From NCBI GenBank assembly GCA_964252035.1, contig OZ176211.1: 64,000 nucleotides of DNA, one strand, 5' to 3'. The position numbers and the translations under genes are program-made. Below the pieces are notes generated by a model. It saw only the letters and a list, made by a program, of their open reading frames with translations. It was not told where the DNA came from and searched no databases. This document shows positions 45,421 to 59,480 of this stretch, piece after piece. The stretch's first letter is position 1, and the number at the start of each line of letters is the position of its first letter. The DNA comes from Podarcis erhardii. Taxonomy: Eukaryota.

Positions 45421-46321
45421 CTACAATGAAAAACAAACACATTCCCCACATTTGAGCATTGGAACACAAAACCAAAAACTTATTTCTTTACATACAAAAC
45501 TATTGTTCACCCAATTTTCATTCCAAAGCACAGAGCCTAGGACTTCAGGGGTCCCTTTACCTTTACATTTAATGTTAACTTTGTGACCAGAACATAGTAA
45601 AATTAAACTCAACACAAATGACTATTTTTTTTAATGTAAAGTTCTTGAAGTTAATTCATCACCCTTTACTTCCTATTCAAATACTTGTATCCTATGAAAA
45701 AAGAAGAAACATTTCCAATTTGGGGCAATTTCCCCATTACTCAACAGCTCCCCATGCCCATCCAAGGTTGTTCAGGAAGCCTCCTGACCCCTTGGATAAG
45801 CTTTTTGGAGCACACAGACAGCTGCTAGAGTGAAGAGTAGATGGGGAACTTTTCTTCTGCAAACTTGGTTCAATTCAGCTATCTTAGCATACATATTAGG
45901 TAATATATGGTGAAAAGAATTAAGTTCTCCATATTGCTCCATGCTGCTGAAAAAATAGCCTCTGTTTATAAGAATCAGTATACAAAATTAAATCCTCCTA
46001 GCAAGGGCAAACCATTTTCAACTGAAGCATCTATATCAACATTAATACAGACATTTGGGTTATGTCTGAATAACATTCTATTGTTTTTGTTGGAAAACAA
46101 ACGAAACAGGAAAATTAGAAGGAAAGGTGTAATTTATGTTTTAATGCTTAATAGCAAAAGGAGGCTGTTGAAACGATCGCTCTTTATGCAAAATCAACTT
46201 AGAGTGATAATGAATTACACAACTGGAAAGCAAATGTTTGTGTTTTACACCGATTAACAGTTCATTCAATATATGCAAATGCTAATCTTAAGCAGCACAC
46301 TACGCATAGCAATGACTATAC

Positions 46322-46452
46322 CTGCAAGTACGCTGGGAAGATTTCTTCAAGCTTGTTTTTCTTCTTCCTGTAACGCTTTTTAATTTTTTCTGTATTCTCT
46401 GAAACAGGAGTAGTTTCATCAACGGGTGTATCTAGTAGCTGTTCACTCCAAC
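46322..46452 (-). CDS. KMT2C: KMT2C exon ~26
   Basis: WSEQLLDTPVDETTPVSENTEKIKKRYRKKKNKLEEIFPAYLQ; 131 nt. Confidence 0.95.
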
Positions 46453-46782
46453 CTAACAATGACAATCATGCATAATAACAAATTTACTTATAACTCTTGC
46501 CCACTCTTGAGGTACTGCCCCACTCTGTTTAGCATCTGTACATCTCCTTAGTTTAAAACAGCAATATTATAAAAATTACAATAATGCAGAACTGCAGAGA
46601 TGGACCAATTTAGCAAATGATGCATAATGTTTTCTTAAGGTATTCAGAGATGCTAAGTGAAATTAAACAAAATCTACAAAATTATTTCTGGGCTGAACTG
46701 AGATAACTGTGAAATAATTGCATTCGAGGAAGATAGGGAATGGTTTTTCTTCAACAGAAAATGAATGTTGAATACTGTATAC

Positions 46783-46959
46783 CAGGGAGGTCCAACTCCC
46801 AAGAGACTGTGATCTACTCACAGAATAAAAAACTGGCAGTGATCTACCCCTTTTTGGGGGTAGGGGGTTCAGCTTTATTTAGAGGGGAATATCCTGAGAT
46901 TGGCCCGAACCTCCCAGGTATCAACCAGTTGATCCCAATCAACCTATTGGATATCCCTG
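46783..46959. mobile_element. hAT-type MITE, same family as 4633-4831
   Basis: Shared internal ccaagagactg.gatctactc...aaaaaactggcagtgat; TSD ctgtatac / ctatatac. Confidence 0.8.
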
Positions 46960-48387
46960 CTATATACTGTAGATTGCATATCTGTATTTGTATACATTTT
47001 AGTAAAAAAGTCTCATAAGTGTCAAATGCTATTTTTAAACAAATAAAATTTGTTACTGAATTAAACCTCTTAAAATGATGTTTCATTTAGGTGCTTTCAT
47101 TAATTCTCATTATATTATCACTTTATATTAGCAGGATTGTTATTTTTCTCTTGTCAACTAAATGATACTGTGCAGAGCTATTCAGCTACTGAAGTGACAC
47201 TTAAATACATTTAGCACCTTTTCAAGTGTTAAGGAAATGTCTGCAGTGTGTCAAGATATGGAACCTACACATTACCACCTACGTTATGAAAAGCATCAGG
47301 AGAGATTTCTAAAAGATTGAGGGGAATTCCTACTTTTGATGAGCATTATTAGGTAACTGAACAAGTCAGTTATGGGTAAATCAATATAATCAATCCAACT
47401 GCAGTATCATCCACTCTGCAGTTACTGTCCATTCCTAAAACAAAGCTATGGTAACATAGCATTTCATTAACATTGCCTTCATAATGATACAAACTATTGA
47501 GACGACAAGACCCAAACCCCAAATTATTAAGAATCCCTGGTTCTAAACAGAGCATAAAAAGTATTGGAGTTGGTGTACAGGTTATGCAAGGAGGCATTTA
47601 ACCAGGTTAAACTAATTTATCAGGAGCAGATGCTATCACTACTATTTTTTTAAAGGTTGCACTGCACAAAACCCATTTGTCGGTTTTCCCTCAACACTAC
47701 TACATTACCTGTAGCCACCTCCTGACAGGCAATTTTGAGTATAAATGGGCAACATGAGACAGTGAGAACAGATGGCAGAAACAAGGTGAGATGGGTGGGT
47801 GGGTGAGCAAGCAGTTGCAGGTGAGGTGGAGAAGAGTTTTATTTGGCCCACAATTTAAGTAAACTGACCTAATTCACACAGATCAGAATGCAGTGATCCT
47901 TCCTCTGAATTTCACAATACAGTTTTTTTGCTTAAAAACATACTGAACTATGTAATTTAGGATAAAATATTTATAGAAATGCATACATTGAAATAAAATG
48001 TTTATTTCAATATGTATTTTGCAGTAAAATACTGCAAAAAATATTTAAATAAAAAAATAAATAACAATTTTCATAGTTTTTTTTAATCCACAGATTAATG
48101 CACAAATGGTATGGACCAGGCTTAAGAAGAAACACATGCAAAATTAATATGAACTGCTCAGGACAGGCACTTTTAAAATGATGCTTCAGGAATAAGTATG
48201 TGCTATGGGAAGTGCCGAAAATACAGACGTGGAGAAAACCAGTAGTTAATTTTTTTTAAATTGCATTATAATGAATCTTAACAATATAATGCTCCTATAT
48301 TGAAGTACATGTTGCTATAGTGACAGATAATTTAACATAACTATCAGTGTCACATTTAAGTGGCTGATTCACATAATTAGTACCCAC

Positions 48388-48507
48388 TTTCATCTCTGCT
48401 GGGTATCTGCTCAGATACAGAGCCAGAGGAGTCCTTCCTTGAAAGAGATCGTTTTGTTTTTCCCTGTCCTGTACGACTCCGCTGACGTACCATAAATCCA
48501 CCAATGC
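48388..48507 (-). CDS. KMT2C: KMT2C exon ~25
   Basis: (G)IGGFMVRQRSRTGQGKTKRSLSRKDSSGSVSEQIPSRDE; donor A|gtgggt; 120 nt. Confidence 0.93.
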
Positions 48508-49852
48508 CTGTAAAAACACACACACATAATACACCTTGAATTTATTTGAATTAGGAAAACATACTTGAATTTCACCTTTTTGTAGATTCACAAACACTAA
48601 AGTCCACTTTAAGTATAAAACTGGAAGTGGATACACAGTACATATTTAGTAAGCACCTGGCTCTACATCATAATACAAGAGGTGGTCATGCAACTTATTT
48701 TACGCTACCAGAACATGTGTCCAGGAGCTTTGAGTGATCCAGATGCATGGTCCTGAGATGTATATGTAATGAAAATGATGCACCAGTGCCTCACATACTA
48801 TAGCAGGGATAGTGAACCCTTGATCCGTGGGCAGCAAGCCATGGCCAACTGCCCCACTCCTGATGTCATATGTAATATCAGGTGAGAGTCTTAAAGTGTT
48901 TCCAATTATGGTATTCTCTGGCAAGGGAGGCTTGCTGTCAGTGACAATCAGCAGTGACAATAAGCTTTCAAGAATCAACTAACTGCTACAGAGTTCCCCA
49001 TCAGAAAAGAATTAGAATGGAAAGCATCTGCCAAAAACCCAATGAGGAGAATATGATGTCTATCTAGCAAACTTAACCAGATGGAATATGGAAGGGTGAA
49101 ATAGAATGTCCTTTCATTCTTGCTGAGAGGATAATTTACTGGGTAAGACATTAGGTAGAAGTACAGACGAAGTACAGACGTTGGGAGAGTTAGGAACAAA
49201 CTGATTTCACAACCATGTTTAGACCTACTGATCCTTGTAGAACATGCAAAATTCCCTCATCCTACCTGTATAGAAAAAGAGTTTAATCTGAAACATTTGG
49301 ATTATGTTGTTGTGACAAGGAAAACAATATTCCAACTTCACTTTCAAAACTAGTGTCCCCCTTCCTGATACAGACTGTCTAGAGTTATTATACTTTGCAC
49401 ATGCACTGGGGCAGAAAAGAAATTTCTTTTAACTGCCACGGTAGTTATTTGCTTTAATGAAAGGTGCTCTAACAGCACTGCCATGATAGTGTTATGGGGA
49501 GATAGTGTGTGCGCACATATACATTTTCCTGTCTTATACAGCGGAAGCAAACCACTCAGAACAGCAGGCCACCTATCTGGTTTAATGATCCATTGGCAAG
49601 TTTCAATACAAAATTAGTACTTAAGAGAATGATACGGGTAGTTCTCCTGTTTCGCAACATTGGAACACCATTCTTTAGAATCAGAAAGGAAATGAATTGT
49701 AACCCAATTAGAGGAAGCTGTAATATACAACAAACAGGGAAGTGATAATTCTCAGCAAAATCTTATCAAGTTTGTAAGTTAAAAGATTATTTACATATAG
49801 ATAATAAATATAAACCTAATGAATATGCAAACATCTGGAGCATGTACTCTAC

Positions 49853-49981
49853 CAGGTCTGTATGGTTTTCTCTTTCTCTTTTTAATCCCCTCAGTTCCTT
49901 CTACTCCCTTAGGATCATCATCTGCAGGCTCCCGTTCAGGGCTTGTATCAGATTTTCCCTCACAGTCCATGAGATCTCCTT
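49853..49981 (-). CDS. KMT2C: KMT2C exon ~24
   Basis: (E)GDLMDCEGKS...GIKKRKRKPYRP; 129 nt. Confidence 0.96.
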
Positions 49982-50589
49982 CTGAATTTAAACACACACA
50001 AACACATAAAACAATTATAAAGTAAAATCCATAGGGAGTTGTCATTTTCTCTTACAGAATTCTGCCTCACCTCCCAGGAAAAAGCTTCCTAAGGTATGAA
50101 ATGGCATATATAAAATAACGAGCATAATAAAATCACACACAATTTTGAATGACAGCACACTGAAGAAGTAGTAGTAAAAACAGACTCTACTAAAATCAAA
50201 TGCCAGGAAAAGACAGAAGGTATAAATGCTACTAGGGTTGGTGACTGACATGCAGAGAAAGGTGCAGAATTTCAGAGGCAGGGTGCCATAGCTGAAAAGG
50301 CCCTGTTTGCCACCCAAAGCACCTCTGATGGTGGGATGGGGGGGGTGTACTGAGCAGAGCTTCCAAGTACACGTAGTTCTTCTAATTCTGCTGGGCCTAG
50401 GTCATCTAAGGTTCATCTGGCTTGAATGTCATTAGGACATGTGTACTTGTGCCCAGGTCCCATTTCTTCAACCTGAGTAGCAGCTGGCAGTCAGTAAAAG
50501 TTGCTTAAAGGTACTGAAGGTATGGAAGACAGCTGGGCATCCTGTTTAGTGGAGTTTTTAAAGTTTGATGTTTTATCATGTTTTTAATT

Positions 50590-50639
50590 CTGTTGGGAGC
50601 TGCCCAGAGTGGCTGGGGAAACCCAGCCAGATGGGCGGG

Positions 50640-50695
<56 letters not shown>
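50590..50695 (+). mobile_element. L2-family 3' tail with (TAA)n
   Basis: gcccagagtggctggggaaacccagccagatgggcggggt followed by about 17 TAA units. Confidence 0.75.
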
Positions 50696-50699
<4 letters not shown>

Positions 50700-51259
50700 C
50701 AGAACCTAATACACCTGTACTCATAAGCATGCACTTATCATACTAATGAATAGCGATATTGCTGGGTATTTCATTACATGGGTTTCATTATGCAAGTCGT
50801 CTGTCTAGCATATGTCAGTAAGTATTGTACTAGTCAGGTTAAAATCCATTCATGACCTATGTATCTCCTTATATAACATCGCCATCGTGAAAGTCTAACA
50901 TCCCTTTGCTAATGAAGGTACTGGGAATTAATTGCTTATGTCATAACACTTACACCAACAGATGCAGTTGGTGGAGTACCTGTTTTGCATGCAAAAGGTT
51001 GCTAAAGCCACTGATAGGCAGAGCAGGCAACCAAAGAGTTATATATAGTTGGAAGGTTTCTTGGAGATAATCTAGTCCAAACCTCTGCTACATGCAAATC
51101 TACAACATTCTGTCTACTGAAGGGCAAAATTTCTGGTTCTATTCTGGAAGACCTGAACTACTGAAAATCCCAACTGCCTCAATATCCTCCTACAACCCAT
51201 GTCCTTCTGTAAACTGCTTCTATTGTTAACAGCGACATACAGCACAAAGCAACAATTAC

Positions 51260-51472
51260 CTCTACTGTCATCCATCTCGCCATCCCTTGAATGTTCTGAT
51301 TGGATGTCAGGCAGGGTCTGGAGTACAGCCACACTATTCTGGTTTATAATCTTCAACTTGAGCTTTGGCTTTGTCCGTTTTCTTCTTGGTACAACAGCAC
51401 TGAGGCTCTGTAACTGAGACATCCCTGTTTCTGTCAGACAGACTCCATCCTGAGTGTATGTCTTCGGTGGGT
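51260..51472 (-). CDS. KMT2C: KMT2C exon ~23
   Basis: (D)PPKTYTQDGVCLTE...KPKLKLKIINQNSVAVLQ...DGEMDDSR; 213 nt. Confidence 0.96.
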
Positions 51473-52552
51473 CTATGAAATTTGCATGAACCATAACAGG
51501 AATACACAACTTTAATAACCTTAGCTTACAAGCATTGTGTAACTCTACCCCCCCCCCCAACTTTAAGGAACTTGCAATTAACATACTAACAATTATCCAT
51601 TGTAACATCAGAGCAAAAGAAATAAAAATGAGCAGAGCTATTTCTGAAGTAAATCAACATTGGTTCAGAATAACACAAAGCTTTTCCATTAATATATTAT
51701 TTATTCCAATCTGATAGAAAGAACAAATGACTGGTTCACATGTCATGCTAAACTCAACCATGGTTTAGCAAAAGTGTGTGGGTTCCCAGAGTCTAGGAAC
51801 AATCCTCTTTGATTGTTTTACTGCTGCACCATGCTGAACCAAGCCACGAATCTGAATCTGGGCTTCAAGTTTTGCTTTTTCCAGACCATGAACTCTAACC
51901 AAGCATTGTCCTGTGGTTTATGGCTTTTTCCAGGACTGCCTGGGTTCAGATGGCACACTAAGCCACACTATGGTTTCACTAAAGTGTGGCAAGTGAATTA
52001 CCGGGGTGAAGCAGCAATGAGCTCCTCTCTGGAAGCCTACATGGTTTTGCTAAGCCTAAATTTGGATTAGCATGAAATGCAGACCAGACCATTGTTTCTT
52101 TACAGTTTTCTTGATTGCTTCCTACAGATATTTATTCATGCTCTCACCATAGCATAACTACTTTGACCCTGCAAAGGTTCTATTCAAATTGAGTCCAAGG
52201 AAAAACCCATAAAGGCTGTTCCGTAAGCAATTTATAGCAGTGCTCATGTTAAGGGAGAAAAGGTAACAAATTAATGAAATCCAGAAAAAAACTACCCACT
52301 AAAATGTCCCATTTCAGCCCTGTTTTTGGCTCACTTAAGGGATTTACTTAAACAAAAAATCTGCCTGTTCCATAAATTTTGAAGAGCAGTCGCATGTTCA
52401 AAAAAACGAAAACTTATAAGCACACACTTTTAGTACGAGGCGATATGATGACAAAAGATAAAAAGAGCTAAGAAACGTATTGATACAATGTAAAACTTAT
52501 TTCTAGGTTAAGCAGTAGTTAGGGGGGAGAAATAAAGAATTTTAAAAGTTAC

Positions 52553-52618
52553 CAAATTCCTTTGCTTTTGTTATAATTTGAGTGGCAACTGATGGTTCGC
52601 AGCATTCAGAGGAAGGCA
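52553..52618 (-). CDS. KMT2C: KMT2C exon ~22
   Basis: ttcag|(V)PSSECCEPSVATQIITKAKEF|gtaact; 66 nt, phase 1-1; absent from ORF track. Confidence 0.9.
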
Positions 52619-55380
52619 CTGAAAGATAAAAATTGAAATTGGCTGTGAGTCCTGGAAGACCTGCTCCCTGCCTTGCAGGCCTTTTCCACATGACAATGCC
52701 CTTATTGACTCCAGCTACAAAAGCTGAGGCTGCTGAGGAAGCCAGATTTCATCTTGTCTGTCTCAGTGCAGACCCAGGTCATCAAGTCTGAGCTTCCACA
52801 GCTGCCACCCCCTGCCATAAACCACCATTGGCAGGACTGGCAGCAACAACACTAGATATGTTCTATGCTTATAATAGTATTTTATTCTCTTGTAAACTAT
52901 GCTACTTTAAATGTGCATTTTATATTGGACTTCCTTTAGTAATGTTTTATTTTGAAATCTTATAAGATAATGCTGTAGTTTCCTGTTATTTATATTGCTT
53001 TGGCTGTGTACCCTATATATGACTTTCTTCAGTAACATTTTATTATAGATTGCTTTATTTGATGTTTTAATGTACTGTAAACCACTTTAAGATTTTTTCC
53101 CTTAAAAATATAAAGCGGTATAGAAATGAAATGAATAATGATGATGACGTTGCTTGTATTAAAATATATAATCCTCCATAACTATAGTTTTTGATGTTGG
53201 TATCTTTTCTAATCTTCTGCAAGTCTCTTGTGCTCAGGCATGTCAGAAGTGCATTTTTAAATTTTTGAACAATTGAATTTTTTTAGGCTAATAAGTTTCA
53301 GTTGACATTCACTGTTACCAGGAATACAGTGGAAGGCTGAATATACAAATTAAAAACAACTACGTGCTAATAGTGTGTTGAAGAAATGCTTATATTTCTG
53401 GAAGCACTAGGCACAATCTAAAGAACATTAATTCCATAACAGCTCTCACTGAAAGCAGTAAAGCTTACAGCCTAATTCCATTCATGCATACCTGCAAGTT
53501 ATTTTTTTTCTGACCTGTTTTTACCCATAGCACCAGAACACTCTGCCAAGGCACCTATGCCCACAATTTCTTACTGATATACCAGAGGATCTCTGGCAGC
53601 ATAACTGCTGATTCTCTCTCTGGTGGGTCTTCCTCTCTGCTGGTAGAGTGGCACTTACACAACTTCCAAGTGACCCTCAGTTGGCCTTTGGCTGGCTTTA
53701 AGATTGCTCCCTTAAATCAAGCCCTTCTAAGGGTTGTGAGAGAAAGCACAATGTACCATTTGTCCCTTTCAACAATAGCATTCATTTATTTTATTTCTTT
53801 GTATGCACAGCCTGCTCCATCTTGAAAAATCTAGGCAGGTATCAATTAATTTTTTTAAAATGTAAATAATGCCTTGAAAATAAAATGAAAATCTAATTTG
53901 ATGTAAACCTGAACAAGTTTATTTTTTAATGGTGTGGGAAACAACATTCCATAGAGGTTAAAGCCTGGATAATTTGAGAGACGGGGGGGATGGAAAGGCA
54001 GAAGCACATTTGGGAAGCCAAAGAGGCAGCAGTCCCATTTGACTTAGAAATAGCTAATTAAGACAAAGCATGATAATTTCAGAATTAACTAGCAAGAAAT
54101 AGTATGGACAGGCAGTGATTTGGATGTGGCAGCTGGCAGATTAACATATGAAGAAAACAAGAAATATAAGTTAGTTTAAAGATCAATAACACAATCTGCC
54201 AAGTGGGTAACCTCCATGAAGGACTCTGGTGCAAGACCCTTTAAATAGATGGAAGCCTGCCATTCTGCTATCACAGTCATTTCCCAAAACCTTCTAGGTA
54301 TCAAAAGGTTATTGGAAAACCATTAGCAGCCCACTAAGAAGGGTTTTAGGATATGAAATTCTTTTAGACCCAGTGTTGTTGTTTTTACCCTTTTTCTGAA
54401 TTATGTGGAAGACACAGTGAAGTAAGATCAAAAAGAATTTACTGCATGGTTTCTAATACAGTAACCACCGCTAAAATTTTATATGCAGGAAGGTGAGAGT
54501 GGAGATGATCAATGACACCACCTATTGAAGAATGGATTGGTAAAATTTGGAAGTTTGCTTCAATGGCTGAATTAATATGATACATCAGATTCAAAGCGGA
54601 GGAGACAATAACAAGGTAAGTTTATGATGAATGGCATTTTCTTTATCAAATATAGTAAGAAAAATTGGATGCAATCTAATATAAACCATGGTTTTATAGT
54701 GTTCTGAAATATGATTAATTTTGCTATTTGGAATTCCTTAATGGTGGGAAGCAACAAGACACTGGTCACCTTTGAACGTGATATGACACAAAAGAAAGAA
54801 AGAGAAATGAAGTCAGAGTAGCGGTTGTGCTTCATTTGTAGATAGCACCTCAGCTTCCATAATATAAGAAACAATAATGATTGAACTGAGGATAAATCTT
54901 ATGACAATGCCTTTATATATATATAAAAGGATGGGTGTGAGAAAAGAGAAAAATTTGGAAATGTGTTTCTGGTATTAAGAAACAATGAAAACTGAAAGTT
55001 ATTACAGGATATTGTTAATATAAACTATTGATAGGAATAGCTATCCATGTGTTTGATATGATGTAGAGAAATGTGGTATATATGTTTGTTTGCCTAGAAG
55101 GTTTTCTCTGTGTGTTTTATTGGGGGGGGGGAATATTCTGTGTCCTCTTTGACTGTCAAAGGTCATGGCCTTATATTGTTATTATGTCAAAAGCCTGTCT
55201 GGCATTAGCAGCTTAGTGGGAGATAAGAGAGAGTCGATCACCTTGAGAATTTATTATATAGGGCCTGGATCAGGTAAATTTATTCTAATTGGTCTAGGTG
55301 GCTGCCAGTTAGGAAGAGAGTTGAGATTTGACATGGAGAGATGGTACAGTAACTCTGACTGCCATCATCATTACTTAGAG

Positions 55381-56226
55381 CAGTGGTTCCCAATTAGAGG
55401 TCCAGGAACCCCTGGGGGTCCATGGAACACATCCAGGGAGTCCACGGCCCCATCTCTTGCTTCCCTCCAGCTAAATTTTTGTCATTTTTGCATGGTAAAA
55501 TCACAAATGTTATGTTCTGTTTTAGCGTTGTGTGGTTTTTCAATATATTGGCCAAAATTGGTTTTGAAATCACACCTCAATAATGATTTTGATCCGGCAG
55601 TACGCAGCCATATATTGCTCCTCACACGAAGGAAAGCAGGGCAGCCGATTGCAAGGTGCTGCCTTCCGCTCATGCTGACGGAGAGCAGGGCAGCTGATCG
55701 CCCTCACATCAAGGCACTGAGGCAGAGCAGCTTTTCTCAGTCAGCAGGAAAGCAGCCACAGTAGATGTGCACCTTCGCTGGCTGCTCCACTGACAGCAAC
55801 TTCATGCACCCCCTCATCCCTATCCCCTCCTGCTCAAACCACGAAGTAGAGGAGACTCCGTTTCCTCAACTCCCCCCCCCATCCGATCTCCACAGCTGAG
55901 CCTTCCCTCATTGTCACGCCTTGTTTGATCTCTATGACTGTTCCTTCCCTCATCCCCATGCCTGATTTCCAATTTCAGACATTGTGATATATCAGAATAC
56001 TGTGATGTTCAGCTGTTGATATATCACAACGTTGAAAACCAGATACTGCTCAGCCCTAATGTGTTTTTAGTATACCTAAAATAGGGGCTACCCCGCATTT
56101 TGTTCTAAAAATTGCTTTGCAGAGGTAACTACCATAGACTTATCAAAATTTTCAAAAGTAGAGGGTCTGTGGCTTGGCTTTTGAAAAATAGGGGGTCCTC
56201 AGTAATTAACTAATTGGGAAACACTG
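55381..56226. mobile_element. Non-autonomous hAT (Charlie-like) element, 846 bp
   Basis: TIRs cagtggttcccaatt / aattgggaaacactg; 8-bp TSD acttagag / acttggag. Confidence 0.82.
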
Positions 56227-56697
56227 ACTTGGAGTAAAAAAAAAAACACCACATATTTTTACATGTCTGTTGCTATCAATGCAACTTATGAAAAAAATAA
56301 TCCTGAGAATCTTGAGTTAAGAGAAGTCTATCTGACACTGAGAGCAAAATATTCAAGATAATGTTATTGTTAAATAATGAATTTCATCTGCTCAAAATCA
56401 TGGTGCTCTGAGTGCAGTCTTTCTCTCACTTGTGGGCACACACCCCCTCTTGCTGCTATTATAATTTTAAGCAGACTTACAAATCCTCTGGGAAGAGATT
56501 TACCCAGCTTTCTGCTCTAAATTGTTTTTTTCCTCATTAATAATCTTGCAGTGCTAAAAGCAAGACAAAAGAAATTATTTCCCTCAAGTACTGCCTCTGA
56601 AATCAATTCAGCATCTGCCAATCAGGAGACAGACCAAAAGAAGTTGTTTCCAAAGCTAGTGCTACGCTGCTAGATACCCAATTAAGAAATTCCTTAC

Positions 56698-56807
56698 CAT
56701 TTGCTGGTGGTATGTATGGCTGACACATGGTACAGTCAAAGCCACTGTCAGCCGTGCTTTCAACTTCCTCGTCTGTGTTTAAGTTTTGACAGATTGTGTG
56801 CATCCAT
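56698..56807 (-). CDS. KMT2C: KMT2C exon ~21 (end of PHD finger)
   Basis: WMHTICQNLNTDEEVESTADSGFDCTMCQPYIPPAN; 110 nt. Confidence 0.95.
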
Positions 56808-57788
56808 CTGGAAGTTAAGTTAAAAAGGAGAAAATGAAACGTATACCATTTTATGCCAAAACACCATTCAGACTCTCTTTAGATTGAAAGAAGCACAGAA
56901 CACGTCTACTGCTTTAAAAGTTTCCCTGTAAAGGGGCAATGATATGAAGACCCCAGAGGAAGTCTGCTTTAGTCCCAGAAGATAGTTGTTAAAACTGTCA
57001 GATAAGACAGGGGTACTTTGGGTAGATGGTTTGTCCACCCAGGGGAGGAGTTCACTCTGTGCTAGATGGGATTATACTCTCCCCAAGCAACAGGCTGTAC
57101 TTTGGGAGTGCTCTTTGCAATACAGAAGCAACTTGCACCTCTAAATGTTGCGTCAGAGGCCTGGCTTAAATGTCGTATTACATCATAGTTAAAAACAAAC
57201 TGTGAACAAACATCGTGCTGGTGCATGCTGCCCAACATTTCTCACTCTCTGTTCTACCCCAGTTCCTACTGCTGCCGTGCTACAATGTAACAAGCGAGGC
57301 TTGTGGTTTTCCTCAAACAAACCATGAGCAGTAAGCCAAGAACAAACCTTGATTTCCATCCTAGTTTGTTTGGACAAAAACAAATCATGAGCCTGGGTTC
57401 AGACGTTATGATGAACCAGACTATGGCTTCTTTCCAAGAATGTTTAATCACTGGACACCAGTGAGTTGCATGTCCACATTCAAATATACTTGGTTTTAAA
57501 CTATAGTACAATGTGATGTATGAACCAACTCAAAAGTGCCATTTATCAACTCTGGATGAAGAGATAACTTTCTTTTTTAAAAAAACAACCATGGTGGTTT
57601 TCTTCTTTCTGATATTAGCTACAGCTTTTTCTTTGAAAGAGGCTCTCTCTTATTGCAAAGCGACTCTGATAAGGGAGAGAAAGTAAATTCCATATGATAA
57701 ATTAAAACAATCTTCAATCAACATTACACTATGAGCAAATTATTGACGTATGAAAATATATAATTCACTGTGTAGCAGAAACTCTGAC

Positions 57789-57953
57789 CTGTCACACTGT
57801 CTGCATTGCAGAATAAGCTCCTCTTCTCTGTAATTGCAACAGCAGACTGGGCAGGTAGATAAACTTGCACAGGGAGCACACTGTGTGTAATTATTTTGCC
57901 ATTCACATCTAAGACCAGGAGACGTAGCACCACAATGTCTGCACCAAACACAC
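57789..57953 (-). CDS. KMT2C: KMT2C exon ~20 (PHD finger)
   Basis: CVWCRHCGATSPGLRCEWQNNYTQCAPC...CRQCD; 165 nt. Confidence 0.97.
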
Positions 57954-58174
57954 CTGTAAAACACAAAACAATATCTTTCTTAACATGGGCTCATGGCAAG
58001 ATTCACTGCTTAACTTTATTAAAATACTTATTTTCATCTTAAAATTGTATTATCTTTAAATTACAGCAAAATGTAATTTTCCAAATCAGCCTTGCCGTAT
58101 TATATTAATTAAAATAAAATATAGTCAGATTAAGACAAAACATTAAAAGTGGAAAAAAACAAAGTTACACATAC

Positions 58175-58356
58175 CATTTGCATTTCCAACCTCCTTTAGG
58201 AACTGTCTGCAGTGGTGGATCTAGGCAGTAAGTGTGATAGCTGATATCACAATCATCGCAAAGGAGCAGTCTGCCCGGATCTGTAGCCTTCCCACAGGCT
58301 TCACACACAGTGCATTCCAGACACCTCCAACCTTTGTGGAGCACCACTTTTGTTAT
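58175..58356 (-). CDS. KMT2C: KMT2C exon ~19 (PHD finger)
   Basis: [22 protein letters not shown]...PKGGWKCK; 182 nt. Confidence 0.97.
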
Positions 58357-58423
58357 CTGCATAGTGGAAGACAGCAGGTCATTATTTATGGAAGCCAGAC
58401 AACCTCAGTTGATTTACAGGCTT

Positions 58424-58481
58424 GTTGTTGCTGTTTAGTCGTTTAGTCGTGTCCGACTCTTCATGACCCCATGTCCGACTC
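58424..58481 (-). mobile_element. 58-bp BovB/Sauria-SINE 3' tail insertion
   Basis: gagtcggacacgactaaacgactaaacagcaacaac tail; 11-bp TSD tttacaggctt (58413-58423 and 58482-58492). Confidence 0.8.
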
Positions 58482-59255
58482 TTTACAGGCTTATATTCTC
58501 AATAAATTTGCTTCTATCATTTGGAAACAGTATTTTTTTAATGTTTATGATCTCCTTTTTGTTTTAGAGGGAAGTCCTCATTTTTTGAGAAGTCAAAAAT
58601 ATCCTTGCATTCAATAGCAATGTACATTGTGCTCTCCAAGATTATGGATGAAAATTTGTTTTAGGTTTTTTAAAAAATAAAATGGCCCAAGTGTAAGGAT
58701 TCAGCGTACTCTCAGTTATTGCAAATATGAAAATCAAGATTCACATTTATTGAAATTAAAAGACAACATAGTTCCAAAATCTGGAGAAATACATTTTGCT
58801 CTTGATTTACAAATCTATTTTGCATCTCCTCCCCATTATGGCATTTAAACAAAAGTACAATGGTGCCAAATATTACTTTCCTAATCTTAAATATGGCTAT
58901 AGTTTAGAAACATACATTGAAACTTGAAAAAAGAAGTTTTTCGAAAAGGTCCATCATGGTACCTGACAGAAGCAAGGCACAATGTTCCAAACCTCTAAAT
59001 CAGTCTTTACCAGCGTATCTCACAGTGCAAAAGCCAGTTTACATATCACTCTGTTGCAAAGTGATCATGTGAATACCAACCTCACATTGCTTATTTAGAA
59101 ACCTAGAGATTCTCTCCCACTAGCAGAGATGGTTGGGGAAATATGAAGTGTTCATGCTCTGTGAAAAGAGTGAGTGTGCTCCAGTTATGTCATACACCCT
59201 CAAAAGGAGCAATTCCTTGCAAGAGGTAAGAAGTTGGTACTGGCTAGATACCATA

Positions 59256-59480
59256 CAGTGGTACCTTAGGTTAAGTACTTAATTCATTCCGGAGGCCCGT
59301 TCTTAACCTGAAACTGTTCTTAACCTGAAGACCACCTTAGCTAATGGGGCCTCCTGCTGCTGCTGCGCCGCCGGAGCACGATTTCTGTTCTCATCCTGAA
59401 GCAAAGTTCTTAACCTGAAGCACTATTTCTGGGTTAGCGGAGTCTATAACCTGAAGCGTATGTAACCCGAGGTACCACTG
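59256..59480. mobile_element. Tc1/mariner (Tigger-like) MITE
   Basis: TIRs cagtggtacct / aggtaccactg; TA TSD; internal ttcttaacctgaa repeats. Confidence 0.88.

Noticed and set aside
55165-55764. 199-aa plus-strand ORF as a transposase
   Set aside because: It crosses the hAT element boundary and shows no DDE, BED or hATC motif; probably a chance ORF
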